A DNA stretch of 64,000 nucleotides from Glaucostegus cemiculus (lineage: Eukaryota), in contig CDPCPM010000157.1 in assembly GCA_976551045.1 (NCBI GenBank), positions 4,960,001-5,024,000 on the forward strand. The letters run 5' to 3'. Below, piece by piece: positions 11,921 to 23,508 of the stretch. Within the stretch, counting starts at the first letter, position 1. Each line of letters begins with the position of its first letter. The notes beneath the pieces are model-generated. The model was given only the letters and a program-made list of their open reading frames with translations, was not told where the DNA came from and searched no databases. A program made the translations under genes and the position numbers.

Positions 11921-12397
11921 ATGGTCATCATGTTTGCATCACGGCAATTCAAATGCACAGGAACGTAAGAAGCTGCAGAGAGTCATGGACTCAGCCCAAT
12001 CCATCACTGGGACATCCCTCCCCACCAACAGAAGTATCTACATGAGGCACCGCCTCAAGAAGGCAACATCTATCATCAAAGATCCCCACCATCTGGGCCA
12101 TGCCATCTTCTCACAGCTACTTGCCTTCAACCATTCGGTTCTTGAACCAACCTGCACTACCCTAATCACTACCTCAGTATAGCAACACTTTGACTCCATT
12201 GCACTACAATTAACTTTGATTTTCTTTGTTCTAATTGTGTTCTTTCTTGTAAAATTTTGTATAATTTATGTTCAATTTATGTTTTTCTTATGAATGCTGC
12301 ACCTCTGATGCTATGTGCCTGTGATGCTGCTGTCTTTCATTGCACCTGTGCATACATGTACTTGTGCACATGACAATAAACTCGACTTCAACTTTGA
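11921..12397 (+). mobile_element. Rex1/Babar-type LINE 3' fragment inserted in Tigger
   Basis: GNSNAQERKKLQRVMDSAQSITGTSLP..KKATSIIKDPHHLGHAIF; tail gcacatgacaataaactcgactt. Confidence 0.85.
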
Positions 12398-12875
12398 CAA
12401 CCAAGGAATTTGAACAGCCTACTGCATCCAGCAGTGAAAGTGAGGAGGAGGAAAAGACAGAGCCTGCTGAAACCAACATCACTGCCGTGGCAGTTCGAGG
12501 ATTCCTGGGGTAAGACTCAAAATTAGAGTGAAAGGATTGTGAACCTTGCCGCTATCATGGAAAGGAATCTTGACCTTAAGAAGGGCTTTTGATGTTACAA
12601 GGAGCTCCACAAGAACCCAAGCAGAATCTAAAGAAGCAGAGAATCACCTTCAAGCTTCACACTGATGTAATTTGTCATTGAAATTTGTGTGTAAAGGCTT
12701 CATTAGGTCTACAGTTCCAATGTTTCATTTATTTCCTTTTATTCTATAATAAGATTGTCCAATCTTGCTACCAGGTCCCTATTTACCCCTATTTTCCATC
12801 AACAATTCCTCAACTTGGAGTTTCAACTTGGTGCTTTTCAGGAACATAGCTCCTCTCTATATTAGGATTTGACCA
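12398..12875 (+). mobile_element. Tigger/pogo DNA transposon fossil, right part
   Basis: TKEFEQPTASSSESEEEEKTEP acidic stretch, then CYKELHK and KKQRIT remnants typical of Tigger C-termini. Confidence 0.55.
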
Positions 12876-13539
12876 TATCTCAATGGGTATCCATTGAGTA
12901 TCAAGTATCGTGTAGATTACTTGATGCAAGGTAAATGCTGGTTAGTTCATTCAAGTTAATTTAAGAAATTCTGGTTCGGGCATATCTTGGCTGAAGGGTT
13001 TGCATTCTGTTTACATATAATCCAAATCCATATCATAGTTTTGATCTACTTTTTTCCAGGAATTGTGAAACAAGATATTTGAACTATTTGATATTGTGCG
13101 ACATGGAATATTTCAGTCTTACATCGTACATGTCAATTTCCATATTGCTGTTTATGTTGAGATGAAGAATACAGAGCATTGTAACAATGGTGGATCTATA
13201 AGTAGAATGTTTTTAGGTGCCACATGTACAAGAATTGCAAACTCCACACAAAAACTTGAATAAGTTGTAAACTGAAGTAATTAACAACATATAATGTAAT
13301 ATTTACTGAGAAACATTAAATGCAGGTCATCAATACTTTATTACAGCGACATCACCAAATTTTCTATTGCTCTTTACTGTGAGCTCAAACTGTAAAGTCT
13401 ACTCTTCCCTGTAATAGCAGAGATGTGCAGCAAAACACTGTCATTCTGGTAAGTCTCTGTGGTGGCAATGTGACACCAATGGTGGCTAACTGGGAATACA
13501 TTTGGGAAGTATGTTACAGATACGAGATCTAGCATAACA

Positions 13540-13695
13540 TTGGGTGTCACATTAAGGGGGCCTGCTGCCTGCTGGGTGAGGGACTGAGAGCCCTCCCGGG
13601 GGCGGGGGGGGGGGGGAGTGGTGGGGGTGTAAGACATCCCATGGTACTACTTCAAAGAAAAAAGAGCTCCCCAGTTCTGTGAACAATATGTTTTG
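13540..13695 (+). mobile_element. DeuSINE (AmnSINE1/SacSINE1-like) core, left part
   Basis: atcccatggtactacttcaaagaaaaaagagctccccag resembles the Deu core (gatcccatggcactatttcgaagaagagcagggg); carries a G-rich insert. Confidence 0.55.
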
Positions 13696-13696
13696 A

Positions 13697-14222
13697 CATA
13701 AGAGTCATACAGCATGGAAAGAGGCCCTTTGACCCAATTTGTCCATGCCGACCAAGATGCCTATATAAACTAATTCCATTTGCCCATGTTTGATCTCTCC
13801 AAACCTCTCTTATCCACGGAGATACTAGAATCTGGAGCAACATACAAAGCACTGGAGAAACTCAACGGGTGAGGCAGCATCTTATGGAGAGAAATGGATA
13901 GTGACATTTCGAGTCAAGGCCCTTCATCTGGACTAAAAGGTGTAAAGATGTGGAAAGATATATCCGTGAATGGGATCAAACCAGCGTGTCTAGAAAACCG
14001 GTGAGACAAAACCCCTCCTTGGTTCACCAGCTGATTCAATCGGTACCTCCCCTCGATCTTTCATTTGATGAAGGGTCTCGACTGAAATGTCAACCGTCCA
14101 TTTCCCTCCACAGTTGCTGCCTGACTTGCTGAGTTCCTCCAGGGCTTTGTGCTGTTGCTCTCCTGTACACGTACCTGTCTAAATGCCTTTTAAATGTTGA
14201 CATTGTGCCTGTCTCAATTACT
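13697..14222 (-). mobile_element. CR1 tail interrupted by an inverted Penelope repeat unit (13820-14160)
   Basis: gtcatacagcatggaaagaggcccttt..aaacctctcttatccacg | insert | tcctgtacacgtacctgtctaaatgccttttaaatg. Confidence 0.75.
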
Positions 14223-14224
14223 GT

Positions 14225-14405
14225 ATATTTTGTTTAACCAATATTACCTAAACAGATTATCAGTCCAGTATCCAACTGCTGCTTGAGGGAGTGTGCTGTG
14301 TTCTAATTGTTTCCTACATTGCTGTGGTCATTTCATTTCAAAGCGACTTCATTTAACTGCAAAAAACTTTGAAATCAGGAAAGATGCCGTATCAGTGCAA
14401 TGGAA
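14225..14405 (+). mobile_element. DeuSINE 3' part
   Basis: cagattatc..gggagtgtgctgtg..gtttcctacatt..acttcattt..ctgcaaa..ctttg matches the AmnSINE1/SacSINE1 3' region. Confidence 0.6.
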
Positions 14406-15529
14406 CTTTTTCCAATTTGCGTTTTATTTTGATTTTTTTAGTAAATGGGGTGAAATGCCTGCAGAATAATGTAATGGGTTTTATGAATTCTATACAAAGA
14501 TCAAAGCTTGTTTGCGCTATGGAGTATGGCCAACTGTGGTTGAATGGGGCTGTGTTAGTGACTCTTTGCAATGGAAATGCCACTGTGACCTCTGTGGCCA
14601 CTAAAAAGGACTCTCAAAGCCTGATGCAAAACGAGGAGAAATCGATACAGAAATACATATGCAAGGACCTACAACTACCAACCCATCAGTGATCAGTGAC
14701 ATGCCAGTAAACAAGCTCTACAGATAATTTAATAAAACAAAAATCCTGCTGAGAAAACCCTACTTAGAATTTTATTGCTTCCTTTCCACCTGTTGCATTG
14801 TAATAGGATTGCAAGTGAATTTATTTAAAATACTGTCCTCGGTTGAGAGATTTTATTCATACGTCCTGTCATTACCTTGGGTAAACATCCAGTGTGGGCA
14901 AGGGACCTGTGCCAGATTATTACTGGCCTCACACTGGGGAGTACATCTGATTAGTTACTGTAGATCTAGAGCCACCTTGGGGGCAGTGGTTTGTGGAAAG
15001 AAAATTCGGGTTAACAGGTGGAGACGTCCTTTGGTGGGAAATAATGCAGGAGGAAAGATGAAGTGAGAAGTCTTTGGTCGAAATAAGGGAGGGGTGCAAT
15101 CTGTTGAAGCAAGTGTGGAATGAGACTAAAACTCGATAAGTACAACTGGGCACAGAAATGAAATTCTGGAAATGCTGCCTACATCAGGAAAATTAAAAGT
15201 AGGACAAATATTTGGATTTGGGCTGCGTTAACCTTATTATGTGCTGCAACCATGGTAATGCACCCACAGTTGCATCGTACCAGCTCCACACACTCCCTGT
15301 CCATGCTTTGTGTTTGAGAAGTGAAAGAGATGCTCATCTTCTTAAAGCGTGTGGGAAGCCTTGCTTTTGTGGAACACCTTTCACGTGCTGAGCACCTCTG
15401 AAATCCTGCTGCAAAGAGTACAGTACTTTTGAACTGCACTGTAGTTACACACATTCTGCACATGGCGGTAATGAGGTAAGTGACTAAATGATCAGTGAAG
15501 ATTTTGATGGATAAATACTGTCGATAACC

Positions 15530-15645
15530 TCCTCCTGCTCCTCTTGGAACAGTGCCATCTTTCAAGTCAACCTGAAAGAGCAAATGAAGTAGATTTAAGG
15601 TCACAGTCCTAGCATCTCTGAACACACTGCACTGAAATGTCAGCA
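15530..15645 (-). mobile_element. DeuSINE core fragment
   Basis: Minus strand gctgacatttcagtgcagt..tcagg..gaaagatggcactgttccaagagg resembles the Deu core. Confidence 0.5.
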
Positions 15646-15671
15646 CACATCATTTGGTTAGATGAAGAGAG

Positions 15672-15820
15672 AAGAGACTGCAGATGCTGGTATCTGGAAG
15701 GAAAAGCAGAACGCTGGAAGAACTCAGTGGGTCAAGCAGCATCTTTCGGAGGGAAACACATCTCTTTGACAAAAGCCTTTTGCCTCCCACAGATGCTGTT
15801 CGACCCACTGAGTTCTTTCA
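15672..15820. mobile_element. Inverted Penelope-type terminal repeat pair
   Basis: gaactcagtgggtcaagcagcatct ... agatgctgttcgacccactgagttc. Confidence 0.75.
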
Positions 15821-16029
15821 TTGTTCTGCTTTTCATTTGCTTGGAAGGTGAGTCTGACTGCACCATGTGCTGGTGCGATGGGCAGGAGAGCTGTCAACTA
15901 CGCCAAGGCTGGCACCGAACTCCAATCAGAGAATGCGCTTCTACTTTCCCTTAAAGTTGTTTCAAGGACTGGGAAAAGTGGGTTTGAATCTGGGGCAGAA
16001 TGCAAGCAGGAGGAGGAAATAAGGAGGAG

Positions 16030-16380
16030 ACAACTCTGGAACAACAAACAAACTGCTGGAGGAACTGAGTGGGTCAGGCAGCATCTGTGGAGGCAACGGG
16101 ATAGTTGACGTTTCAGGCCGAGATCCTGCAGCAGGACTGAGAGTGCAGAGGGAAGATAGCGAGTGTAAAGAGGTGAGAGGGAGGGGTGAGGCAGGAGCTG
16201 GCACGTGATAGGTGGAACCCGGTGAGGTGGGTGACGATTGGCAGGTGGGGGAAGGGGGAGAGGCGGAGACAGTGGCTAGTGGGTGATAGCTAGAGACAGA
16301 TTAGGAAAGTGAAAAGAAGGGGCAGAGGGGAGTGGAGAGGGTGGAGGGAGAGACAAAGGCCAGGAGGTGATAAGTGGATA
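16030..16380 (-). mobile_element. Penelope-type terminal repeat with hammerhead-like motif (16102-16139)
   Basis: Minus: cagtc ctgctgc a ggatctcggcct gaaac gtc aacta, preceded by a pyrimidine-rich 3' UTR. Confidence 0.75.
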
Positions 16381-16811
16381 CAGAAGAGTCTCCAGATGCT
16401 GAAACCCAATACACAAGAAAGATGATAAGTGGATCCAGGAAATAAGAAGTCTGAACAAGCACTGAGGTCAGACAGACCCACACTTACAAACCAGAGGGGC
16501 AGCTGGCAAAGTAATTGGCCAGTTTGGATTTGATATCCCCAGCGCAAGGAGAATGCACAGGAAACTGTGAGGACCATTCCCCAGAAGGAGGGAGATACTT
16601 GCTGATTACTGACGCATGGGGAAGAGGTGATCAGAGACCTGGGCTCAGAGTGAGTGAGCGGACATTGGCATCTGCCGTCATTGTCCAGGAAGGCAAGACG
16701 ATGACTTTGGCAGTGGAAGAACGAGCAAATATATCTCAGAAGGTAAGGGAAGAGTGGGGATCTCACTGGAAGATCCCAATCGCAATCCCAATCCCAATCC
16801 CAGTCAACCAT

Positions 16812-17203
16812 GAGGGGTGATCTCAGTGAAACCAACTGAATATTGAAAAGCTTGGATAGAGTGGACATGGAGAGGATGTTTCCAGCAGTGGATAAGTCTA
16901 GAACCAGAGGGCACAGCTTCAGAATAGGTCATCCCTTTAGAACAGAGATGAGGAGGAATCTCTTCAGTCATAAGGTGGTGAATCTGTGGAATTCATTGCC
17001 ACAGACAGCTATGGAGGCCAAGTCATTGGGTGTACTTAAAGCAGAGTTTGACAGGTTCTTGATTAGTGAGGGCGTCAAAAATTATGGAGAGAAGGCACAG
17101 GAGGATGGGGTTGAGAAGGAAAAATAAATCAGCCATGATTGAGTGGCAGAGCAGACACGATGGGCCGGATGGCCTAATTCTGCTGCTATGTCTTATGGGT
17201 CTT
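16812..17203 (+). mobile_element. CR1 LINE 3' fragment (second subfamily)
   Basis: LDRVDMERMFP..SRTRGHS..FRTEMRRNLFSHKVVNLWNSLP; tail tgctgctatgtcttatgg. Confidence 0.9.
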
Positions 17204-17280
17204 AAGAAAGTATATGATGGTGGGATCACTTGCTGCAATGTCTATTCATGAGTGATGGACGCCACTGATAGTGACAGTGA

Positions 17281-17590
17281 CAGCATGGAAACAGGCCCTT
17301 CAGCCCACTGAGTGCATGCCGACCATCACCCACTTACAGTAATCCTACCCCCACCTATTTTATTCTCCCCAGATCCTACCACCCACCTACACATTGGGAG
17401 CAATTTATACTGGCCAATTAACCCATGATCCTCATGTCTTTGGGATGTGGGAGGAAACCAGAGCACACAAAGGAAACAGTGGTCACAGGAAGGACGTGCA
17501 AACTCCACACTGACAGTATCGGAGGTTAGGATTGAACCTGGGCTGCCAGAGCTATGGGGCAGCAGCTCTACCAGCTGTGCCACTGTGCTG
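17281..17590 (-). mobile_element. V-SINE with CR1-type tail
   Basis: Minus: ggcacagctggtagagctgctgcc..ggttcaatcct head, V-domain, gggctgaagggcctgtttccatgctg tail. Confidence 0.85.
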
Positions 17591-17689
17591 TACTGCAGTA
17601 ACTATCATCCCTTGAATTTCTTCATTAGGTGCTGGTTCGAGTGGAAAATCACCGGGTGAATGTGGAAGCCAGGTAGCCAAAGTCTAACT

Positions 17690-18180
17690 GTAATTGGTTT
17701 ATTATTGTCACATGTACTGAGATACAGTGAAAAATTTTGTTCTATGTGCCATCCAGACAGATCATTCCATACATCGAGGTAGTATAAAGGGAAAACCATA
17801 ACAGAATGCAGAATATAGTGTTACAGTTGCAGAGAAAGTGCAGTGCAGATAGACAAATAAGGTGCAAAGACTAGGATGAGGTAGATTGGCAGATGATCTT
17901 TATGTGCAAGAGATCCATTCAAGAGTCTGATATCAGCGGGATAGAAGCTGTCCTTGAGCCTGGTGGTACGTGTCTTCGGGGTTTTGTATCTTCTGCCCGA
18001 TGGAAGGGGGAGAAGAGAGAATGACCGGGGTGGGTGGGGTCTTTGACTGTGTTGACTGCTTTCCTGAAGCAGAGGGAAGTGTAGACAGAGTCAATGCAGG
18101 GGAGGCTGGTTTGTGTGATAGACTGGGCTGTGTTCACAACTCTCTGCAATTTCTTGCAGCCTTGGGCAGAGCAGTTGTGT
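17690..18180 (-). mobile_element. Rex1/Babar-type LINE 3' fragment
   Basis: LQRVVNTAQSITQTSLP..KDPTHPGHSLF on minus; gtgacaataataaaccaat tail. Confidence 0.88.
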
Positions 18181-18829
18181 TAAGGCAAGGGCAGCTCCCT
18201 CCTTGTTCGGGGACCCCTCCCATCTTCTCTTGTTCCGTGAAAGGGAATCATTGCTCTCCCAGCCTCCAATGCTGACTCAGTGCAGTAAAACCAGTCACCA
18301 ACCTTCCGTCTTCACTCGCTGACAGGCCCAAGCTAGTTCAGAATCACTTCCATTGTTATTTCAGATTTGCAATTGCCATTATTTTTTAAGTGGCTCTCTT
18401 TTTATCTGTTTGACAGTTGGTGCCATAACAGAAAGAAGAATACGAAGTGTAACAGAAATGATACAGTGCCTCACACAACCGAGAGACATGCTCATATTTC
18501 AGACTACTCAAGTTGATTTGCCCGTGGCTGGTATTTCAAAAATATTCCCTATTATTTTTCCAAAGCTGCACACTCCAGTGCACTCACCCTGTCTGCTCAC
18601 GTCACCATGTTGAAATTCAGAACCCATGTAATTAACTACTATTCTTCCCTACTGTTCTGTACTTGTCGGCTGAAAAATTTGGGTGTTCTGGGTGGGTTGT
18701 TGAAGCCTTGTAATTAGAGCCTTGCACCAGAGGTCTTACTTCAATAAGGGTTACACAGAGCTGCTGTGGGTTTGCGACCAGCTCCAGAAGTTGGGCAGAG
18801 GGTGGCGGTGGAGAAAGGGATAGTGAGCC

Positions 18830-19150
18830 TAAGAAGAAACAGCGGTGCCCCCAGAAGGTGGCATCCATCACTAAGGACCCTCAGCAACCGGGACATGCCC
18901 TCTTTGCGTTACTACCATCGGGGAGGAGGTACTGGAGCCTGAAGACCCACACTCCGATTCAGATACAGCTTCTTCCCCTCTGCCAACAGATTTATGAACA
19001 GTCCACGGATCCATGAATGCTATGTGGTTATTCCTTTCGTTTGCACTATTTATTTATTTTTGTAATTTAATTAATTTTATGCCTTTGCATTGCTGCCGCA
19101 AAACAGAAGATTTCATGTCATCTACGTCAGTGATAATAAACCTGATTCTG
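18830..19150 (+). mobile_element. Rex1/Babar-type LINE 3' fragment, (ATTCTG) tail subfamily
   Basis: ggcatccatcactaaggaccctc..ctaccatcggggaggagg; nearly identical to 52680-52990. Confidence 0.85.
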
Positions 19151-20534
19151 AGGCTGAAGATGAGGGTGTGGGATCAAGTGAGCAAGTTCCACGGCAGCTG
19201 TAAAGGAGGTTGTGGCTCTGAGGTTTGGGGCCCGGATTGGGGCCTTGACTGTGACCTTGGACTTGGTGGGGGGGGGGGGGGGAATCAAGAATGAGTGGGG
19301 TTCTGAGAGGGAAATTGGGGGTGTTCATGGCCTGGGCTTTGAGTTTCAGGATTGGGATCAGAGATTGGCGGAGTGCTATGCTGTGGTGCGGTGGTGAGGG
19401 GGCACTGTCTGAGGAACGGAGTCATCCTGGGAGCAATTAAAATGGATATCAGGGCAGGGGACTCCAGGGTGAACGCCTGGAGTGATACAAGTGGACCCAG
19501 AAACAGCTGTTACTGCAGTTTGTGCCAGGTGAAGCGAACTTTCAATCATGGAATGCCTGATTGAAGCCGTGCCCTGTAACTGCTGCTAATCACACATCAC
19601 AACACAAGCCAACTCTTTGAAAGAGCACTCCATTGAATCCCTCCCCTTCTCTTTCAGCATGACTCTTCAAATTCCTCCCTTCCAGCACATTTGCATTTTT
19701 AATTATATTTAGCACCTCCATCCTTCTCTGTTTCCATCTCTGCTAATTTAACGTCCTCATAGAGCACAGAAACACCTGATCCATGCCGACCATTACGTAG
19801 CCATCCATACTCAAGCCTCTACCCTATGTTTTGCAATGGTGCTGCTGATCATCACAAGGGGTAGCCAAGGGCAGCAAAACAGTTTGCCCTGATCTCCTTG
19901 ACCTTCATGGGCACAAGAAACATTGCTTCTTGCTTCCAGGAGAATTGGCAACAGAGAGACAAAGAGGACAGAGGCTACTCTAACCTCTGAGGCTCCAACC
20001 GGGAGAGGAAAGGACTGGGTTGGCTCAGGAGGGATAGCTGCAGGCTGAAGGGGACATAAATGTTGCCAGGAACCAGCTGAGCCAATGGACTCCTCCTATG
20101 CTGTACATTCTATGCAATTCTGCTCTGCAAGTCTCTTTGAGCACGAATTAGCTGCTCATACTACAAGCAAGGAATAGAATAGGTATCAGGTATGCTGGGA
20201 TGCCATGTAGGACAGAGAATCACTGAGTCATAATGTCAACCAGCATGGAACAGGCCCTTTGGCCCACCATGTCTCTGTCAACTATCAAACTCCCACCCAG
20301 ACTAAGCTCATTTTCTTCCCCTCACATCCCCATCGACTTTGCCCACCTCTTCCCAATTCTTCTGTCTCTCACGTAGATCAGGAGGGATGTACAATTGCTG
20401 ATTAACCTACGAACCCCCCTCGCTTTTATCATGTCTGAGGGAACTCGTACACCTGAGGGGAAACATGGGCAAAGTGGAGGAGAAGGTTCATTACAAAGGG
20501 AAGATCTTTGCTTCTATGTCACATTGACATTGGT

Positions 20535-21380
20535 AGGATGCAGAGCTGGGCTGAGGAGTGGCAGATGGAGTTCAACCTGGGAAACTGTGAAGTGATACAC
20601 TTTGGCAGATCAAATTTGAAGGCAGAATACAAGGTTAATGGCAGGACTCTTAGCAGTGTGGAGGAACAGAGGGAGATTGGGGTCCATGTCCACAGATCCC
20701 TCAAGGTTGCCGCGCAGGTCAATAGGATTGTTAAGGAGGTGTGTGGAGTGTTGGCCTTCATTAGTCGGGGTATTGAGTTCAAGAGCCGCAAGGTAATGTT
20801 GCAGCTCTATAGAACTCTGATTAGACCACACTTGGAGTATTGTGTTCATTTCTGGTTGCCTCATTATAGGAAGGAGGTGGAAGCTTTAGAGAGGGTGCAG
20901 AGGAGATTTACCAGGATGCTGCCTGGATTGGAGAGCACATCTTATGAGGATAGGTTGAGCGAGCTAGGGGCTTTTCTCTTTAGAGTGAAGGAGGATGAGA
21001 GGTGACTTGACAGAGGTGTACAAGATGATGTACAAGAGGCATAGACCAAGGAGGCAGTCCGAGACTTTTTCCCAGGGCGACAATGGCTAACACGAGGGGG
21101 CGTGATTTTAAGGTGATTGGAGGAAGGTATAAGGGAGATGTCAGAGGTAAGTTTTTTATACAGCGAGTGCTGGGTGCGTGGAACACACTGCCGGCAGAGG
21201 TTGTGGAGGCAGAAACATTAGGGATGTTTAAGAGACTCTTAAATAGGCACATAAATGATAGAAAAATGGAGGGCTATGTGGGAGGGAAGGGTTAGGTAGA
21301 TCTTAGAGCAGGATAAAACGTTGGCACAAGATTGTGGGCCGAAGGGCCTGTACTGTGCAGTTAGGTTCTATGTTCTATTC
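20535..21380 (+). mobile_element. CR1 (HER1-like) LINE 3' fragment
   Basis: WAEEWQMEFN..CEVIHFG..LYRTLIRPHLEYCVHFWLPHYRK..LERVQRRFTRMLPGL. Confidence 0.93.
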
Positions 21381-22035
21381 TGATGAACCTTCATTTAAAA
21401 AGAAGCAGCAAAATAGGACTTGCAAACTCGTTTAGTTTCCCTGTTTCTTAGGCTGATCTCATTCCAAAATGCTCCTCTGTGCTGAGAGTTGTCAGATTGA
21501 TTTGTTCAGTGGGAGCTGTGCAGAGAACGGGTTCACGTTGTCTGCTCTCTCTGCTGCACGCTCACTGCAGCCTTCAGATAGCTGTGCCCCAAAGTTGCAA
21601 TTGATTAAATAATTAGCTTCACACCAGTGAAGGAAGACTGGTTTGAAGCTGCACATTGGGTACTTAACCCGATTTGATTTGCTTATTTGTGAATTTTTCA
21701 ACCTGTTTTTGGCTGAAATAATTTGGAATATTAAATAAAATAGGAAATCCCAATTGGCTAGGATGAATGAATATTCTTCAAAGCCCATCAAGATTTTATT
21801 CACTTTTACTGAATGCCTTGAATATAGACGCTTGCATTTGATCAGTGGAGAATTTCTATCCACTGTTTGATGAACTTTGATGGACATTCCTGGGGAATAG
21901 GCTGCGAGATTTCACTGACATTTCAAGTACTGTTTAATTGCGTGTGACTTGTGACAATTGCTCAGCATTTGCCTCTGATGCTCTCTGATCCCAAGTCCTT
22001 CCTCTTATCTCTGGCCTTTTGCCTGCCCCTCCTCA

Positions 22036-22562
22036 CCATAAGACCATATGATATACGAGTGAAATCAGGCCATTCGGCCCATCCAGTCTGCTCCACCATT
22101 CAATCATGGCTGATTTTTTCAACCCCATTCTCCTGCCTTCTCCATGTAACCCTTAACCCCGCTTAGCAATCAAGAACCTATTAATCTCTGCTTTAAATAT
22201 ACCCAATGGCTTGGTCTCCACCGCCCTCCATGACAATAAGTTCCACAGATTCACTACTCCCTACCTGAAGAAATTCCTCCTCAGCTCAGTTTTAAAGGGA
22301 TGTCCATTTATTCTGTGACTATTTCTAGATTCTCTTACTCATGGAAACATTCCTATCCACTCAATCCAATGTTTGGAAGGCTACATTGAGATTCCCCCCT
22401 CATCCTTCTGAACTCCACTGAGTACAGGCCCAGAGCCATCAAATGCTCCTCATGTGTTAACCCTTTCATCCCCAGAATCATTCTGGTGAACGTCCTCTGG
22501 AACCTCTCCAGGGCCAGCACATCCTTCCTTAGATACGGGGCCTAAAATTGTTCACAATACTC
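22036..22562 (-). mobile_element. CR1 LINE 3' fragment (second subfamily)
   Basis: Homologous to 48915-49365 (ccagggccagcacatccttccttagata) and to the reverse complement of 16812-17203. Confidence 0.85.
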
Positions 22563-22915
22563 CGTCCCCTCTTCATTGTCTATTTGCTGCTGTCCATTCA
22601 CCACCTGCCTCTCTTTGATCTCTCTCTACCTTGCCTCAGATCGCTGCTGTACCTAATCTGTCCTCTCTCTCTACCCTCACCTCCATTTTCTTCCTTCCCT
22701 CCCCTTTCCCTCTCTATCCTCCAATCATCCTCTCTGTCCTCCTCCTGTTTCCCTCCATGCTCTCTTCTCTGTGCTCTCCATTCTCATTCGCCCTTCCCTC
22801 TGCCCTTTATCCTCCAATTTTTATCCCCTTTGTTCTTTTCCTGTTCTCCCCGCATCCTCTCCTCTTTCCAGCACCTGTCACCTTCTCCATTTCAAGTACT
22901 TCTCTCATTTTAGCA
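22563..22915. repeat. Low-complexity polypyrimidine (C/T) tract
   Basis: About 350 bp almost entirely C/T on +. Confidence 0.8.
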
Positions 22916-23223
22916 ACTGCTCCCTGAAGTTGTACAAGGCTGACACTTGGGGGATGGGTGAGGGAGGGGAAATAATTTAAAGGTTTCATTTAATTTCACT
23001 GTTTATAAAACCCAAAATAGAAAAATGAAAGCTCCAAATTCTACTCCTAGCTAAAATATTCCTGAAAATCTCTGTAATTTCTGCTGCCAAATGTGAAACA
23101 GGAGGTGAGCGAGTTACTTATCAATCTTCCACTGTGGAATAGTACACAGCGTCCAGGGTGTGCATCTTGGGGGAAGCTTACTTTGCTATCCATGTATTAT
23201 GTACATTCACTTTTTTTTTAAAG

Positions 23224-23508
23224 ATGTCTTTATTAGTCACATGTCCATCGAAGCACACAGTGAAATGCATCTTTTGCATAGAGTTTACTGGGGGTAGCCC
23301 GCAAGTGTCGCCGTGCCTCTGGCGCCAACATAGCATGCCCACAACTTCCTAACCCGTACGTCTTTGGAAGGTGGGAGGAAACCGGAGCACCCGGAGGAAA
23401 CCTATGCAGTCACGGGGAGAACGTACAAACTCCTTGCAGACAGTGGCGGGAATTGAACCTGAGTCGCTGGCACTGTGAAGCGTTATGCGAACCACTACAC
23501 TACCGTGC
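23224..23508 (-). mobile_element. V-SINE with Rex-type tail
   Basis: Reverse complement of the 55038-55325 type, including atgcatttcactgtgtgcttcgatggacatgtgactaataaa. Confidence 0.88.

Noticed and set aside
15179-15255. MVAAHNKVNAAQIQIFVLLLIFLM with good Kozak context
   Set aside because: Ends in a stop; the available donor would be phase 2, incompatible with the phase-1 acceptor at 6957.
16488-16617. SFLCILLALGIS.. ending at a strong phase-1 donor TTT|gtaagt
   Set aside because: The only in-frame ATG is followed by a stop (ATG CGT CAG TAA).
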